NCBI GenBank assembly: GCA_963818475.1
Contig: CAWFSF010000002.1
Span: 64,001 to 128,000, forward strand
Direction: 5' to 3'
From: Nitrospirota bacterium
GTDB lineage: Bacteria; Nitrospirota; UBA9217
DNA: 64,000 bases
The position numbers and the translations under genes are program-made. The notes beneath the pieces are model-generated. The model saw nothing but the letters and a program-made list of their open reading frames with translations, made no database searches and had not been told where the DNA came from. Below are positions 61,894 through 64,000 of this stretch, piece by piece; within the stretch, counting starts at the first letter, position 1; each line of letters starts with the position of its first letter.

Positions 61894-62573
61894 TCACCGC
61901 TGCATCCCCACGCTCTTACCTTTTATTTTTCCCCTGACATCTACTCGGACACCGGTTGCCCCTCGGACACACTGCTCCTGCGTTTCTTCCGTCGGCCTTT
62001 TGGACACGCCGACCTTTGCATGCCGCAGCACCTTGTCGTGATACAGATAGCCCTCATTCAGCACCTGTACCACCATGTTCGCCGGCACGTCGTCCCGCTC
62101 CACCTGCATCATGGCGTCATGCTTCGCCGGATCGAAGGGCTCGCCCTGCGACTCGAAGGACTTGATGCCGAACTTTTCAAGCACATCCCGCAGCTGCTTG
62201 TAGACGAGTTCCACTCCCTGCTGCAGTCCCTGAACGTTCTCCTCCGCCGCTCCGGCATGCTTGAGCGCCAGCCCCAGGTGGTCGATGACGGGCAGCAACT
62301 CCAGCGCAAGCTGTTCGTTCGCGTAGAGCCGAAAATCAGCCAGGTCGCGCTGCATGCGTTTGCGGTAATTATCAAAATCCGCGTAGGTTCTCAGGTATTT
62401 TTCATTCGCTTCAGCTGCTTCTTGTGTCTTCTGCGCAAGCGCCTGCATAAGCTCCTTCATGAGCTTTTCTGCTTCCGACGATGACGGCTGGAGAACGCCT
62501 TCACCCTCGCCTCGCCCTCGGGAGCCATCAGTTCTCCATCCTCCTTGCGGGCATCATCCCTGTGTTTCTTCAT
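61894..62573 (-). CDS. grpE: nucleotide exchange factor GrpE; frameshift in the N-terminal part
   Basis: [19 protein letters not shown]...DKVLRHAKV; likely ATG at 62573 overlapping the hrcA stop. Confidence 0.92.
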
Positions 62574-63616
62574 CGATCCAAGCCTTTCTGCAGGCGTTCT
62601 CCCAGCAACCTCGACAAAAGCTTCGCGGTATAGTCCACCACCTGTATCACCTGTTTGTACTGCATTCGGGTGGGGCCGATCACGCCGAGCGTGCCGACCA
62701 CATTCGCCCCGACCCGGTAATTGCTCACCACCATGCTGCACCCCTGCACCTCAAAATAGGGATTCTCCGACCCGATAAAAACCTTAATGCCTTCTGCCGT
62801 CACGCTCCGGTCGAGGAGCTTGAGCAGCTTGTATTTGTCCTCAAAGGCCTTGAACAAGGCCCGCATTTTTTCGACATTCGCGAACTCGGGGCTCTCAAGC
62901 ATCTGGGACGCGCCGCCGATAAATACGTTCTCCCCGTCCCGCCCCTGGACCTCCTGGCTCGCCCGGTAGGTTTCCTCCATCAGACGGGTGAACACCTGCT
63001 TCTGCTCCTGCATCTGCTCGACCAGCCGTCTCCGGACCTCGGGCAGGGACCGCTGTTCAAGCTCTTCATCGAGGTAGGAGCTGAAATAGTTCAGTTCATG
63101 CTGCGAGATCCGTTCGTCCAGCTCGATGAGCTTGTTCTGTACGATCCCCGCGGTGGTCACGAAGATGATCAGGACATCCCTGCCCCGAAGCCGGACAAAT
63201 TCGATATGTTTATACTGCCCCTCGGGCTCGTTCGGCGCGATGACCACTCCGGCGCAATGCGAGAGCGTGGCCAGGAACTGGCTCGCCTCCGCCATCAACT
63301 CCTTCACATCACTTCCCTGCAGCGACGGCGCCTGACTGATCTGGCCATCGATTTCATCGACATCATTTGAGGTGCTGATGAGACCGTCAATGTAATACCG
63401 ATACCCCTGGTCCGTGGGGATCCTGCCTGCAGACGTATGCGGATGGCTCAGGAATCCCATCTCCTCCAGATCTGCCATGATGTTGCGCAATGGTTGCCGA
63501 ACTGAGCCCGAAATTATAGCGTTTACAAAGAACGTTCGAACCGACGGAGCGCCGGTTGAAATATAGCTGTCTATAACAGCCTGCAAGACTCTTTTATTTC
63601 TTTCTTCCAGATCCAT
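62570..63616 (-). CDS. hrcA: heat-inducible repressor HrcA
   Basis: HTSAGRIPT..GYRYY and GVIGPTRM.Y; adjacent CIRCE element. Confidence 0.95.
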   Translation of the reverse strand: MDLEERNKRVLQAVIDSYISTGAPSVRTFFVNAIISGSVRQPLRNIMADLEEMGFLSHPHTSAGRIPTDQGYRYYIDGLISTSNDVDEIDGQISQAPSLQGSDVKELMAEASQFLATLSHCAGVVIAPNEPEGQYKHIEFVRLRGRDVLIIFVTTAGIVQNKLIELDERISQHELNYFSSYLDEELEQRSLPEVRRRLVEQMQEQKQVFTRLMEETYRASQEVQGRDGENVFIGGASQMLESPEFANVEKMRALFKAFEDKYKLLKLLDRSVTAEGIKVFIGSENPYFEVQGCSMVVSNYRVGANVVGTLGVIGPTRMQYKQVIQVVDYTAKLLSRLLGERLQKGLDR

Positions 63617-63657
63617 GCAACAGCCTTTAGAACTTCATTATTTCCAGCATCCTCCTG

Positions 63658-63684
63658 TTAGCACTCACCATAATAGAGTGCTAA
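63658..63684. promoter_or_regulatory. CIRCE operator
   Basis: Perfect TTAGCACTC-N9-GAGTGCTAA. Confidence 0.97.
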
Positions 63685-63685
63685 C

Positions 63686-63714
63686 AATTTAACATACGCC
63701 TTATTTTGTGTCAA
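63686..63714 (-). promoter_or_regulatory. sigma70 promoter of the hrcA operon (TTGACA-17-TAAATT, extended TG)
   Basis: Directly upstream of CIRCE. Confidence 0.8.
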
Positions 63715-63790
63715 GCGGTTATTTTTCCATGGCCTCGCCAGACGCCTTGACACCAACCGGCCCGAAAAACTTCGGGCAACAGGAAGAATA

Positions 63791-63830
63791 TAAAAAACCA
63801 TCCTGCACTATCAAAAAGCACAGGATGGTC
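63791..63830 (-). terminator. intrinsic terminator after hsp20
   Basis: ACCATCCTG-loop-CAGGATGGT followed by a T-run on the minus strand. Confidence 0.7.
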
Positions 63831-63889
63831 ATCTCAACCTCCATTGCCGCTGCCGCTCTCCTGCAGCACTTCACCTCGGCTCGCGGTTT

Positions 63890-64000
63890 CTATGCAGCGA
63901 TTTTCTTTACTTCCTTTTCCTCTTCGGCCTTGGCCTCGATCTCGATCTTCCGGGCCTTCGCTATCGCAGGCGCAGGAACCGTTACTTCGAGGATCCCATT
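63890..64000 (-). CDS. C-terminus of an Hsp20/alpha-crystallin protein (partial)
   Basis: Manual translation NGILEVTVPAPAIAKARKIEIEAK...KIAA*, with the NGxLxVxxP and IxI motifs. Confidence 0.8.
   Translation of the reverse strand, partial: NGILEVTVPAPAIAKARKIEIEAKAEEEKEVKKIAA

Noticed and set aside
63486-63550. Apparently divergent HrcA helix-turn-helix (SVRTFFVNAIISGSVRQPL)
   Set aside because: Another frame reads the canonical VGSNVLCKRYNFGLSSATI. Two compensating indels explain it.
63626-63656. Tiny uORF (MLEIMKF) upstream of hrcA
   Set aside because: AGGAGG directly abuts the ATG with zero spacing, and there is no other support.

Overview
GC-rich bacterial chromosome segment, mostly minus-strand genes. 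The gene content suggests an anaerobic or microaerophilic Gram-negative organism of Nitrospirota/Desulfobacterota type; that taxonomy is inference only. Housekeeping blocks: argS-tgt-yajC-secD-secF, ubiX, ubiA-like, glgB, corA, 2-oxoacid:ferredoxin oxidoreductase, and hsp20-CIRCE-hrcA-grpE-dnaK-dnaJ. A nitrate-ammonification locus (octaheme nitrite reductase, tetraheme cytochrome, napADGH, Mo-cofactor genes) is flanked by heme-c sensor, hemerythrin and HD-GYP signalling genes. Many single-base frameshifts, including in napA, glgB, dnaJ, grpE and hrcA, look like sequencing errors. Most notable observations: (1) a radical SAM/SPASM enzyme with an N-terminal RRE-like segment, followed by an unannotated 20-aa Cys-rich peptide gene (MTIKKVTRKMATTCKCKSSC) with its own RBS and promoter-like motif, a candidate new RiPP system with a divergent Cys-rich partner; (2) a hidden selenoprotein at 40758-41075 (in-frame TGA, SECIS-like hairpin, ATGA coupling to the next gene); (3) a GxxExxY nuclease-like gene bracketed by 9-nt-period inverted repeats, with many 'empty' relatives across the window, plus heptamer repeats inserted in-frame in a protein; (4) a duplicated sigmaE-type promoter; (5) a probable hemerythrin-REC-HD-GYP fusion hidden by an indel. 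No rRNA, tRNA or CRISPR array was recognised.
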